Shown here one piece after another: positions 52,928 through 61,430 of a stretch of 64,000 nt of DNA. Both the position numbers and the translations under genes were made by a program. Source of the DNA: a virus; IMG/VR virus record IMGVR_UViG_3300045988_130225, positions 1 through 64,000 of that record; one strand, given 5' to 3'. Position 1 is the stretch's first letter; each line of letters begins with the position of its first letter. The notes beneath the pieces were generated by a model. It did no database searches. It was not told the DNA's origin and saw only the letters and a list, made by a program, of their open reading frames with translations.

Positions 52928-54205
52928 CTAAAACGCAGACACTAGCTTGACTTCTTTTTGTAATGTTAAATCTTCAGCTTCTATTGTTAAAACCAATACA
53001 TCAGACGTAGGTTTTATACAAGTTAAAGCATATGTATTATCTGATTTAGACAAAGTATAATATCCTTGTTTAACACCAGCTGCAGTTACAGTAATATCAA
53101 CATTTTGTTTAATGCCATTAATCATCAACATTGGTTCAAAAATTTGAACATTACCTTGACGTACTTGTGTGAAAACAGGTGTTATAACAATCTCTTTTTT
53201 CTCAGCTACAGTTTCTACCACAGTACATATTGCTTCGTCTTGTACTGTCTTGTACTGACTGGTAGCCACATGAAATTCAATTTTAGACCCCAACTCAACA
53301 TCAGCTGAAATCTGATAATTACCGTTTTCATCTATTGTCGCACTTTCAGACGGTACAGCCCACCATTGCAAAGGAATAGACAACTGCTCGTTGTCCCTCA
53401 TTACAATAGCTTGTAACCTACCGCTACCACCTTGTACCACTTCAAATTCACCATCTTGTATCATAATCGAAAAAGTATGTTCGTAACGATTAGCCACATT
53501 ATTTTCAATATCATCAGACGGTTGAATTTCATCAAGATATAAGTCTATATAAAGAATAGTAGTATCTTGGTCTATATAACTATTCTGCATATAATTATTA
53601 TACCCAGTAATCTTAAAAGGTCTACCGTTAAATATAAACCTTTTATTTTGTTTCCATTTAATTGTTTCCTTGTTTCCTTGCACTATCATTACAACATGAT
53701 TATCTGGGGTAACAATATCTTCCATGTACTTAGGTGAAGGTGATGTAGGTGTATAGTCCAAAATACAAGGTATTGATATAATATCACCAGTATTTTCATC
53801 TACATATTTTGCAAGATTATTACAACGTCTGACAACAACAGCCTCGGAAACACTGTTATAGTTGTCTGTAAATGTTGTAATCCAGAAATTATCGTCAAAT
53901 TGATATAATAATCCTCTAGTATTTCTATCAGAAGAACCATTTTCTTGAATAATATCCTTGAAAATTAACTTTCTGAAATCATCACCATTTTTACGTCCGG
54001 TGCTTGTTTCCTCTATGACATGGTTTATATAAACAGCTATAGGATTAAACTCAAAAGAACCTATTTCAGTTTCTTCACTCACATCATATTGCACAGTGGT
54101 ATTATCCCATTGAGAATCAACTGATGCTTGCATATCGTTTCTATACTTACTGTTAGGGGTCATAGCCAGACCCTCTAGGTAAGCACCATAATAAGTTAAT
54201 GCCAT
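52928..54205 (-). CDS. Structural protein (425 aa), function unassigned
   Basis: ORF in the head-tail region. Confidence 0.55.
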   Translation of the reverse strand: MALTYYGAYLEGLAMTPNSKYRNDMQASVDSQWDNTTVQYDVSEETEIGSFEFNPIAVYINHVIEETSTGRKNGDDFRKLIFKDIIQENGSSDRNTRGLLYQFDDNFWITTFTDNYNSVSEAVVVRRCNNLAKYVDENTGDIISIPCILDYTPTSPSPKYMEDIVTPDNHVVMIVQGNKETIKWKQNKRFIFNGRPFKITGYNNYMQNSYIDQDTTILYIDLYLDEIQPSDDIENNVANRYEHTFSIMIQDGEFEVVQGGSGRLQAIVMRDNEQLSIPLQWWAVPSESATIDENGNYQISADVELGSKIEFHVATSQYKTVQDEAICTVVETVAEKKEIVITPVFTQVRQGNVQIFEPMLMINGIKQNVDITVTAAGVKQGYYTLSKSDNTYALTCIKPTSDVLVLTIEAEDLTLQKEVKLVSAF

Positions 54206-54220
54206 GGCTATGTCCTCCTT

Positions 54221-54457
54221 TTATTTTACTAAATCTATTGCTTGAAAAATAGAAGCCTTTACCATATAATGTGTAGCTTCTGTTCCTAATTTGTTTAAAC
54301 CTCTTATGATAATAATAACTTGTTCGTTTATCTCGTTTTTCTTTACACCGTTTAACCAAACTAATAAGGTTTCTAAATATTTATAATAATCTTCTCTTGA
54401 AGTTTCATAAATACATAAAGCCTTATACAATTTCCCAATAATCAAATTCTTATTCAT
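54221..54457 (-). CDS. Hypothetical protein (78 aa)
   Basis: Its start overlaps the upstream stop by 1 nt. Confidence 0.55.
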   Translation of the reverse strand: MNKNLIIGKLYKALCIYETSREDYYKYLETLLVWLNGVKKNEINEQVIIIIRGLNKLGTEATHYMVKASIFQAIDLVK

Positions 54458-54903
54458 TAAAACACCAACTGCAAATCTTTTATTTTGTCTATATTATCAT
54501 TCTGATAATCCAAACTATCTTGCTTTATCTTTTCTCTCATTCTATCCAGATATTCAGATTTAGCGTCCAGATTATTTGCTTCTGCATAATGTTTAAAGTC
54601 TGTATTAGTAAGGTGTAAATTAAATTGAGTAACATCATTAACATTGGTTTCAAACCAAGTGTATACAAACCAATCTGCTAAAATACTTTGTTCTTTCAAA
54701 GTTAATTCATTAGCAAATTCTCTAGTTTCCACATCATAATCAAGAGGTTGTAAACATTCAACAAATTTAGGTATAGATTTAATTAACATTCCATCAGTAT
54801 ATTTTTGAAAATCATCAGCACTTTTTTCATAAAGTTTATCCAATTTGTAGTCACGAATAATAATTAATGCTAAGTCTTTTATAGAATCAAAGGAAGTAGC
54901 CAT
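54457..54903 (-). CDS. Head-tail connector candidate (148 aa)
   Basis: Assigned from position downstream of the capsid genes. Confidence 0.5.
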   Translation of the reverse strand: MATSFDSIKDLALIIIRDYKLDKLYEKSADDFQKYTDGMLIKSIPKFVECLQPLDYDVETREFANELTLKEQSILADWFVYTWFETNVNDVTQFNLHLTNTDFKHYAEANNLDAKSEYLDRMREKIKQDSLDYQNDNIDKIKDLQLVF

Positions 54904-54927
54904 AGTCTTTCACCTCCTTTTCATTAA

Positions 54928-55590
54928 TTATTCAGCTTCGATTCCAACAAAATCAATTCCAGTAAGTTCACCAAGTTTAACCAGAACATTTGCATCTACA
55001 TCAATTCCTTGTAAACGCTTATTCTTAATCATTTCTACAATGGTTTCTTTCTGACCTCTTGGAGCCATATTATAAAGGTCAATGATTTTATTTGCATCAT
55101 TCTTGAAAATATTCTCAATGACATCTGGTGGTAACATCTTATTATATTCAGACGTTTTTCTTAATTTCTTAACAACTTCTTCGTCAGCGATATAGAAATA
55201 TCCCTCATTAGCAAATCTCTGATTGTGCTGTACAATATCTTTCAAATCACCAAATGGAATATCCATAATCTGTCCAAAATCAGTAAAGGTGTAAATATTT
55301 CCTTGACCTCTACCTTGTGTTGCTAAGTTTAATTCGCCTTGACACATACTTACAACTGGTACTTCAACTTCGAGGTAGTTGTAAAACCTATCGTTACCAG
55401 ACGGTACAGACTGGGCAACTCCTTGTGTCTTAACCTTCCCCTCTAAGTCATTAAGTCTGTTCATAAGTGCTTCAAATTGCTCTGTACTAAGTGTTACCGT
55501 ATTAGCAGATTTTTCTTCTACGTTTTCTGTTACAGTTTCCTCAACAATAGGTGCTGTAGCAGTCTTTTTTGCTGTTTTTGCGGTTGCCAT
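54928..55590 (-). CDS. Hypothetical head-module protein (220 aa)
   Basis: ORF after the capsid terminator with an AGGAA-type Shine-Dalgarno. Confidence 0.55.
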   Translation of the reverse strand: MATAKTAKKTATAPIVEETVTENVEEKSANTVTLSTEQFEALMNRLNDLEGKVKTQGVAQSVPSGNDRFYNYLEVEVPVVSMCQGELNLATQGRGQGNIYTFTDFGQIMDIPFGDLKDIVQHNQRFANEGYFYIADEEVVKKLRKTSEYNKMLPPDVIENIFKNDANKIIDLYNMAPRGQKETIVEMIKNKRLQGIDVDANVLVKLGELTGIDFVGIEAE

Positions 55591-55623
55591 ATCGTTTCAT
55601 TCCTTTCATTCATTTTATTCATT

Positions 55624-55666
55624 AAAAAAGAAATGCCAAGAAAGCATAAAACTTCCTTGGCATTTT
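55624..55666 (-). terminator. Rho-independent terminator after the major capsid gene
   Basis: Stem AAATGCCAAG (55631-55640) / CTTGGCATTT (55656-55665). The minus strand continues with TCTTTTTT. Confidence 0.7.
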
Positions 55667-55697
55667 TATGCTTAAGTCTTAAAAAGACCAATTAAAA

Positions 55698-56807
55698 TTA
55701 GTCAAGTTTAACTAAACCAGCAGTTGAGTTAGTAATAAGTTCACATGCCCAACTCTTATTAATAGTAGTGTTAGATGTAAGATTTGCGTTATCGTAGTAG
55801 TTATTTCCATTGCTGAGTTGAGTACCTTCAATTACCATTTTAACTAACTTATCTGTAGACGGAGATACAACATAAATCTTCTTATCATCAAGTGCCAGAG
55901 AATACTTAGAGTAATCACCAGTAGCGACCTGTGGCAGAACCATAATGTCATAGTCAAAGAAGTTCTTGATAAGCTGAATACTCTGGGAGTTACTATCTGT
56001 TACGATTCTGTAACCATTAGCGGCGTTTGGAATAATCTTAGATAATGCAAGTGCAGTACCTACGATTACAGCCTTATCACCCTGATTATAAGCGGTTACA
56101 GTCTGACACAGACCAAGCAGAGTGTCCTGTGTATAACCAGTCTTAACTAAAGCCGTAGGATAAGTAGCCGCAGTTAAACCTGCGTTCAGTGCATTGTAAG
56201 CGTCCAGAGAGAAAGCAGTTTCCATAGAACGAACAGCGGTTCTTACAAACTCAGCTAAATTCTCCTTGCCTGCTAGAGCCTTATACAGAGAAGCGTAAAC
56301 AGTGATGTTGTGGTTTACTGGATTAAGGGTCTTGTTTGCACTAAACTGTTTCTGACGAATAGTAGTTCTCTGACCATGTGCGCCAGTAGAAACAGTCATT
56401 AACGCTCTTGGCTTAATCTCAAACTGTGCAGAATCACCCCAAGCAACATTACGAACTTCGGTATACACTCCAACAGAACGAATAATGGTTTCTGGTAATA
56501 CTGCCTGAATCAGCATATCAACAACAGCAAAAGCTGCCCACTGCATCATTGGATTAGCAACTAAATGCATAGGCTGAATATCTTCTGGCAGATTACAACC
56601 TGCAAATCTCTGAACTTCACCTAAGAAAGACTTGTTAATCTTATCTTCCTTTTCACTCAGAGAAACAGAATTATCAAAATCACCTAATTCTTTTTTGTTT
56701 ACCTTAGACATGTAATGGAAATAATAATCTCTGAATCTGTCAACAAATTTTAAAGTGTCCTCATTACCGTTAGAGAACTTAATAATGGATAAATCCTTAA
56801 TAGCCAT
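55698..56807 (-). CDS. Major capsid protein candidate
   Basis: 369 aa with visibly higher G+C and a different codon style from its neighbours, followed by a strong terminator. It sits downstream of the scaffold-like gene. Confidence 0.6.
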   Translation of the reverse strand: MAIKDLSIIKFSNGNEDTLKFVDRFRDYYFHYMSKVNKKELGDFDNSVSLSEKEDKINKSFLGEVQRFAGCNLPEDIQPMHLVANPMMQWAAFAVVDMLIQAVLPETIIRSVGVYTEVRNVAWGDSAQFEIKPRALMTVSTGAHGQRTTIRQKQFSANKTLNPVNHNITVYASLYKALAGKENLAEFVRTAVRSMETAFSLDAYNALNAGLTAATYPTALVKTGYTQDTLLGLCQTVTAYNQGDKAVIVGTALALSKIIPNAANGYRIVTDSNSQSIQLIKNFFDYDIMVLPQVATGDYSKYSLALDDKKIYVVSPSTDKLVKMVIEGTQLSNGNNYYDNANLTSNTTINKSWACELITNSTAGLVKLD

Positions 56808-56858
56808 AAGTCTAAAATCCCCTTTCTAATATATACTCAATTATATACCCAATCAAAA

Positions 56859-57407
56859 TTACTGAACTCTTTCAAGAATCCAACCTGCTTCGCTATCAGT
56901 ACCAATAGCAAAAGGCATAGCTTTGCGAATAGCAAATCTTAAACCAGTATAAGCACTTGTAGCTTCTGCAATAGCTTTCCAACCAGTACCTGCGGTATAT
57001 TCTACAAACTTAGCTGTAGCACCAATGGTTGCAGGGTCTTGTGCGCTTGCGAAGAATGGTGTAGAAATTTGCACACAGTCACCAATCTGTACAGAAAATA
57101 CATCAAATTCTACATTCTTAACATTGGTGTAATTTCTTGGGTCAACACTAATACCTTTGTACAGTAAAGTACCATCAGCAAGTACGTTTACTTCTGGAGC
57201 GCAAGCCATCCAATACTGAGCGTGTTTACCTGCATCACCTAAAGGGGTAGCTGTCCATACAAATTCCTTACCTGCTGTTTCACTAAAACCATTTTCAAGA
57301 GTAACTACAGTACCGTTCATAACATCTTCACTACAAATAGCACTACGATTATAAGCGTCTACGTTATCAGCCGCAATTCTGGATAAAACTAAAACTGTAT
57401 TAGCCAT
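56859..57407 (-). CDS. Capsid-associated protein (182 aa; decoration or second capsid component candidate)
   Basis: Composition matches the capsid gene, and it sits between the scaffold-like and capsid genes. Confidence 0.45.
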   Translation of the reverse strand: MANTVLVLSRIAADNVDAYNRSAICSEDVMNGTVVTLENGFSETAGKEFVWTATPLGDAGKHAQYWMACAPEVNVLADGTLLYKGISVDPRNYTNVKNVEFDVFSVQIGDCVQISTPFFASAQDPATIGATAKFVEYTAGTGWKAIAEATSAYTGLRFAIRKAMPFAIGTDSEAGWILERVQ

Positions 57408-57441
57408 ATTCTAATTACCTCACTTTTCTTATTATTTTTTA

Positions 57442-59208
57442 TTAATCAGCCCATAAACCAGTATTTTTATTTGTTTCAACAGGTGAACCCATACGCCATA
57501 ATCCCTGTCTTGATTTATTAGACTTTTTACTTGCTTCAAAAGCTACACTCTTAACCTTGTTCTTCCAACCGTCTAATTCAGACATCTTACAAAGTTTTCC
57601 CTCACACTCAAACTTTTCAAATTCGTCTTTGTCAACAAAATTTTTAACTTCTTCAAGTGTCTTTGCAACTTCCATTTCTACAGATTTCTTTTCTGTATCT
57701 TCTTTGAACTTTCTCAATTCACCAAGTTCTGTATCTTTCTGCATGATAATATTGTCTTTATCCTCTAAATCTTTTGCTAACTTAGCGTTCTTTTCAGCTT
57801 CTTTTTCAAGCATTTCACAATAAGCAGAAGCATCTACATTAGCATCTGTGGAAAGCTTTTTAATGAAATCTACACATTCAGACATAGTAATTGCCTTGTC
57901 CTGTTTTTCTTCCATTTTAGCTTTTTCTTTATTATCTTCATGTTCATCATCATCTGCTTTTTCTTCCATTTTCTGAACTTTATCTTTCTTTACAGTGTTC
58001 CACTTAATATCAGCAGAAACCTTTTTATCGTCTTTACTAACTTTAACATCAGCTTCAACACGATACCTTTCATCACCTTTAGTATAAATAATATGGTCTT
58101 TTTCTACGGAATCAACATAGACATCTTTACCCTCATGGTCTTGAACCTTAGCAATAATATCACCCCATGCTTTTCTTCCTTCAATTTCAAATTTCTGTTC
58201 TTGCATAGTTTTACTTTCCTTTCCTTTACTCTCTTTATTATCGTCATTATCTTCAATATCAAGACTTTTATAAATCTTTTCAATTTTAGACACAACATCA
58301 GTTTCATTTTCAGCTTTAGCGTAACCTAAAGCAGAACTTAAACCATTACGATTATATACTAAAGTATCACCTTTAAACTGCATAACTGGATATTTCAGCT
58401 TATCAGATGGTGCGTCTTTCCAACCATTTTCTACTTTCATGTATACATCTTTAACGAGAGTATCAGCATTAGAAGCATCAATAATTTTCTTATAAAGTTC
58501 AGTTTTATCTACTTCACCCCATGGTGTATCTACCATAGAATCCTTAGATTTATCTACTTTATATGTTTTCTTTTCCATGTTTACCCTCCTTTCTTTTGCG
58601 AATTTCTTTAATTCAGATAAACTATTACTTTTGCAATTTTCGTAAAATTTATTAGCTTTTTCTTCAAACTTTACCAATTTTGCATTTGCTCCGGGACTAC
58701 TTGGATTTATCCTTTTGCCCAGAACAGTTAAACCTACGATACAAAAATTGGAAATCAAATTATTATCAACTTCACCGTTTTCCAATTCTGTGCCTACGGT
58801 CAACATTTCCACTGATACGCTTCTGCGATTATCGTTATATTTAAACATATTATACACATCTTCTGCATAAATCTTAGAAATAACAAAATCACATATTGCT
58901 AAAAGATAGCCGTCTTTATCATATTCAAAGCGAATATCTTGATTTTCAGGTATTCTTCCAGATATGCACTCGTCAACCGTATGACCTTCACCATCTTTTG
59001 TATAAGGATTTACCTTACACACAAGCCATTTACCCTTTATTGTATCAGCACAATTTCTTAATACTTCTTCTGAAATAATTAACCCATGGGTATTAGGTCT
59101 TGTACTCAGAAAAAGTGTAGTTCCATAGGCAAATTCTGGGTCATCATCATCAACAAATTTTTCAATAACATCTACTGAAAAATTTCGTTTAATCTGTTTT
59201 ATTTCCAA
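57442..59208 (-). CDS. Head maturation/scaffolding protein candidate
   Basis: 588 aa: a globular N-terminal ~200 aa, then a long K/E/D-rich coiled-coil region. Confidence 0.45.
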   Translation of the reverse strand: MEIKQIKRNFSVDVIEKFVDDDDPEFAYGTTLFLSTRPNTHGLIISEEVLRNCADTIKGKWLVCKVNPYTKDGEGHTVDECISGRIPENQDIRFEYDKDGYLLAICDFVISKIYAEDVYNMFKYNDNRRSVSVEMLTVGTELENGEVDNNLISNFCIVGLTVLGKRINPSSPGANAKLVKFEEKANKFYENCKSNSLSELKKFAKERRVNMEKKTYKVDKSKDSMVDTPWGEVDKTELYKKIIDASNADTLVKDVYMKVENGWKDAPSDKLKYPVMQFKGDTLVYNRNGLSSALGYAKAENETDVVSKIEKIYKSLDIEDNDDNKESKGKESKTMQEQKFEIEGRKAWGDIIAKVQDHEGKDVYVDSVEKDHIIYTKGDERYRVEADVKVSKDDKKVSADIKWNTVKKDKVQKMEEKADDDEHEDNKEKAKMEEKQDKAITMSECVDFIKKLSTDANVDASAYCEMLEKEAEKNAKLAKDLEDKDNIIMQKDTELGELRKFKEDTEKKSVEMEVAKTLEEVKNFVDKDEFEKFECEGKLCKMSELDGWKNKVKSVAFEASKKSNKSRQGLWRMGSPVETNKNTGLWAD

Positions 59209-59416
59209 TGAACTCCACTCTCCTTTCTTTTAATATTCCATGAGTTTCGCTCAATTTCATATACTTATCTACAAATTTCTTATCAATCTTATAATAAGTT
59301 GCTTCTCTATCCATATACATAGGCATAAGACCATTTTCTTGTAACAACAAATTCTCTTGTGAATTGGTTACTCGCCAATAGTCTGTATCATTTAAAGGTG
59401 TACTACGAAAAATCAT
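59189..59416 (-). CDS. Hypothetical protein (75 aa)
   Basis: Start moved to the ATG at 59416, which follows AAGGGGTG and makes an ATGA overlap with the upstream stop. Confidence 0.55.
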   Translation of the reverse strand: MIFRSTPLNDTDYWRVTNSQENLLLQENGLMPMYMDREATYYKIDKKFVDKYMKLSETHGILKERRVEFIGNKTD

Positions 59417-59919
59417 AATTTCACCCCTTTGATACCCCATTTGCTAATATTAAAATCGAACTTATCAAAATCTGTAGGCATTTGTTGTGCTTTATCATTT
59501 AATGTATTTACTTGTCCCATAATGATATTGTATTTTCTAAATAATCTATACATATCGGAAGTTACGTTTCTATCCCTATGAGCAATAGCAATGTCTACTA
59601 CTTTATTCATAATTTCATAAACTTCGCTAAACTCTTTTAAGACCGTAGAAAACATATCAGATAAATTAGAATAATTTCTATCATCTTTATGGACTTCTGG
59701 GCGAATAGAAGATAAATTATAATTATCTTTAATTTCACTCACAACATCTGCAAGCAAAGGCATAGTATGACTTATGTTAAGATGTACAATTTCTCCTGCG
59801 TTTGGCATAGAAAAATCGTTTAGCATAACAGAAGCTACTCTATCCAAAGTTGCGTTCAAATCAAAAAACGCTCCATACAGCACGTCTAACGCTTCACTTG
59901 TTTCTTCATGTATCAACAA
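59413..59919 (-). CDS. Hypothetical head-module protein (168 aa, TTG start)
   Basis: ORF with GGTGAG 8 nt upstream of the TTG. It lies directly downstream of the tnpB element. Confidence 0.6.
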   Translation of the reverse strand: MLIHEETSEALDVLYGAFFDLNATLDRVASVMLNDFSMPNAGEIVHLNISHTMPLLADVVSEIKDNYNLSSIRPEVHKDDRNYSNLSDMFSTVLKEFSEVYEIMNKVVDIAIAHRDRNVTSDMYRLFRKYNIIMGQVNTLNDKAQQMPTDFDKFDFNISKWGIKGVKL

Positions 59920-59939
59920 ATCAACTCACCGTTACTGAA

Positions 59940-60108
59940 AACTTATAAAAAGTTATAAACTTTTATGTTTCATTCCTACTTCAACGAGTATGCTTTCATA
60001 ATTATTTCTAATATACTACTCACAAGTTCTTGCACTCTCCATAGGCGTAAATTCCGAACTAACGTATTCGTACATATTTATATCAACCTGAAATGCTATG
60101 ATACAGAT
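59940..60108 (-). ncRNA. Predicted omega-RNA (reRNA) scaffold of the TnpB element
   Basis: In this family the omega-RNA spans the 3' end of tnpB through the right end. This stretch is conserved relative to 70-203 and preserves a hairpin through compensatory changes. Confidence 0.5.
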
Positions 60109-61289
60109 TGATTTAAAACATTTTCTCCATATCTTTTAAGATTTAAAGATGCTTGATAATCTCTGTCAATCATATTACCGCAATCACATTTATAAACACG
60201 GTCTGATAATTTTAAATCTTTTTTAATTTTGCCACAACAACTGCATAATTTAGAACTAGGAAAAAACCTATCAGCAACTATTACAGTAATATTATTCCAT
60301 TTACTTTTATATTTAATTTGCCGTCTAAACTCATAAAATCCTTGCTGTTGTATAGCTTTGGATAAATGTTTATTTTTCATCATACCTTTTACATTCAAAT
60401 CTTCAATACAAATAAAACTTGGTTCTCGCTTTATAATTTCAGAAGTTATTTGATGTAAATAATTCTTGCGAATATTTGTTAGTTTATGATTTACTTTTAA
60501 AAGTTTCTTTTCGCTTTTTACAATGTTACTTGTTTTACAATAACTATCTCCTTTCTTGTTTTTTAAATATTCCCTAGAAACAGAACGCTGTAACCTACGT
60601 TTTTTCTTCTCTAACTGTTTTATCTTTTGTGATTTATTTATATTTTGATATTTATAATTATTAGAACAAATAGCTAAATCTTTAATTCCTAAATCAATAC
60701 CAATTCCTTCTTTATTAGGAATATTTACACTATCTGGATATTCTACACCAACTGTAATCCACCAATTTAATCCGTCAAATTTAATTCTAGGATTATAATA
60801 TTTACAATCTGTCGGTATACGATTACGTTCAGCAAGTCGTATCCAGTTTAATTTCTGCTTATTTTTCTTTTTAGATTTTGTAAATCCTTCAACTTTTACA
60901 TGAGTTTCAGAAAATTGAATTTTTACACTATCTTGGTAAAAGGAGGGTGTAGATTTTTTTCTGTTTTTAAATTTAGGAAAGTTTGTCAAGCCTTTAAAAA
61001 ATTTCTTATAAGCATCACAAGCATCTTTAATAGCTTGTTTTGTGACATTGTTAGAAATATCATTTAACCAGACATATTTCTGTGTATGTTTCATTTTTGT
61101 AAATTCTTTTCGCAAATCCGTATCAGATAGAAATTTACCACCATTTTTATAATTTTCTTGTTCTCTTGCTAATGCCCAGTTATAAGCAAATCGAGCAGTG
61201 TAAGCATACTGAAGCAATTTTGTCTTTTGTTTATTGTTTGGAATTAACATTACTCGAATCGTTTTTAACACATTGTTCGCCACCTTCAT
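60096..61289 (-). CDS. tnpB: TnpB RNA-guided nuclease (IS605 OrfB family)
   Basis: GIDLGIKDLA (RuvC-I Asp), CIEDLNVKGM (RuvC-II Glu), Zn finger CSCCG...CDCG and DRDYQAS (RuvC-III Asp). The true start may be the GTG at 61271, which follows AAGGTGG. Confidence 0.9.
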   Translation of the reverse strand: MKVANNVLKTIRVMLIPNNKQKTKLLQYAYTARFAYNWALAREQENYKNGGKFLSDTDLRKEFTKMKHTQKYVWLNDISNNVTKQAIKDACDAYKKFFKGLTNFPKFKNRKKSTPSFYQDSVKIQFSETHVKVEGFTKSKKKNKQKLNWIRLAERNRIPTDCKYYNPRIKFDGLNWWITVGVEYPDSVNIPNKEGIGIDLGIKDLAICSNNYKYQNINKSQKIKQLEKKKRRLQRSVSREYLKNKKGDSYCKTSNIVKSEKKLLKVNHKLTNIRKNYLHQITSEIIKREPSFICIEDLNVKGMMKNKHLSKAIQQQGFYEFRRQIKYKSKWNNITVIVADRFFPSSKLCSCCGKIKKDLKLSDRVYKCDCGNMIDRDYQASLNLKRYGENVLNQSVS

Positions 61290-61430
61290 CTATAAGTTCT
61301 TTTACAAATTTCTTTGCTTTGTCTTATAAAACTTATAAAAATCAACATTCAATTATAACTTTTTATAAGTTTATAATCATTGTTATTCACCTCTTTCAAC
61401 CAGTGTTACTCACTGTTACTAATCAGTACC

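Larger units (their letters stand above)
59937..61407 (-). mobile_element. IS200/IS605-family TnpB-only insertion element (no tnpA)
   Basis: tnpB is flanked by the 13-nt direct repeat ACTCAC(C/T)GTTACT (59924-59936 and 61408-61420). Subterminal 20-bp inverted repeats sit at 59939-59958 and 61353-61372. Confidence 0.6.

Noticed and set aside
54153-54359. A 68-aa minus-strand ORF overlapping 52928..54205 and 54221..54457.
   Set aside because: It is out of frame with and overlaps two better-supported, tightly packed genes. Its basic, low-complexity product looks like an artefact.
57557-58329. Plus-strand ORFs 57557..57823 and 57940..58329, and minus-strand 58104..58307, inside the scaffold-like gene.
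   Set aside because: They are F/S/L-rich antisense or off-frame readings of a K/E/D-rich coding region.
59924-61420. GTGAGT and TACTAAC-like strings at the IS junctions resemble eukaryotic 5' splice-site and branch-point consensus sequences.
   Set aside because: This is a coincidence in a bacterial phage context. The strings are better explained as IS target or junction repeats.
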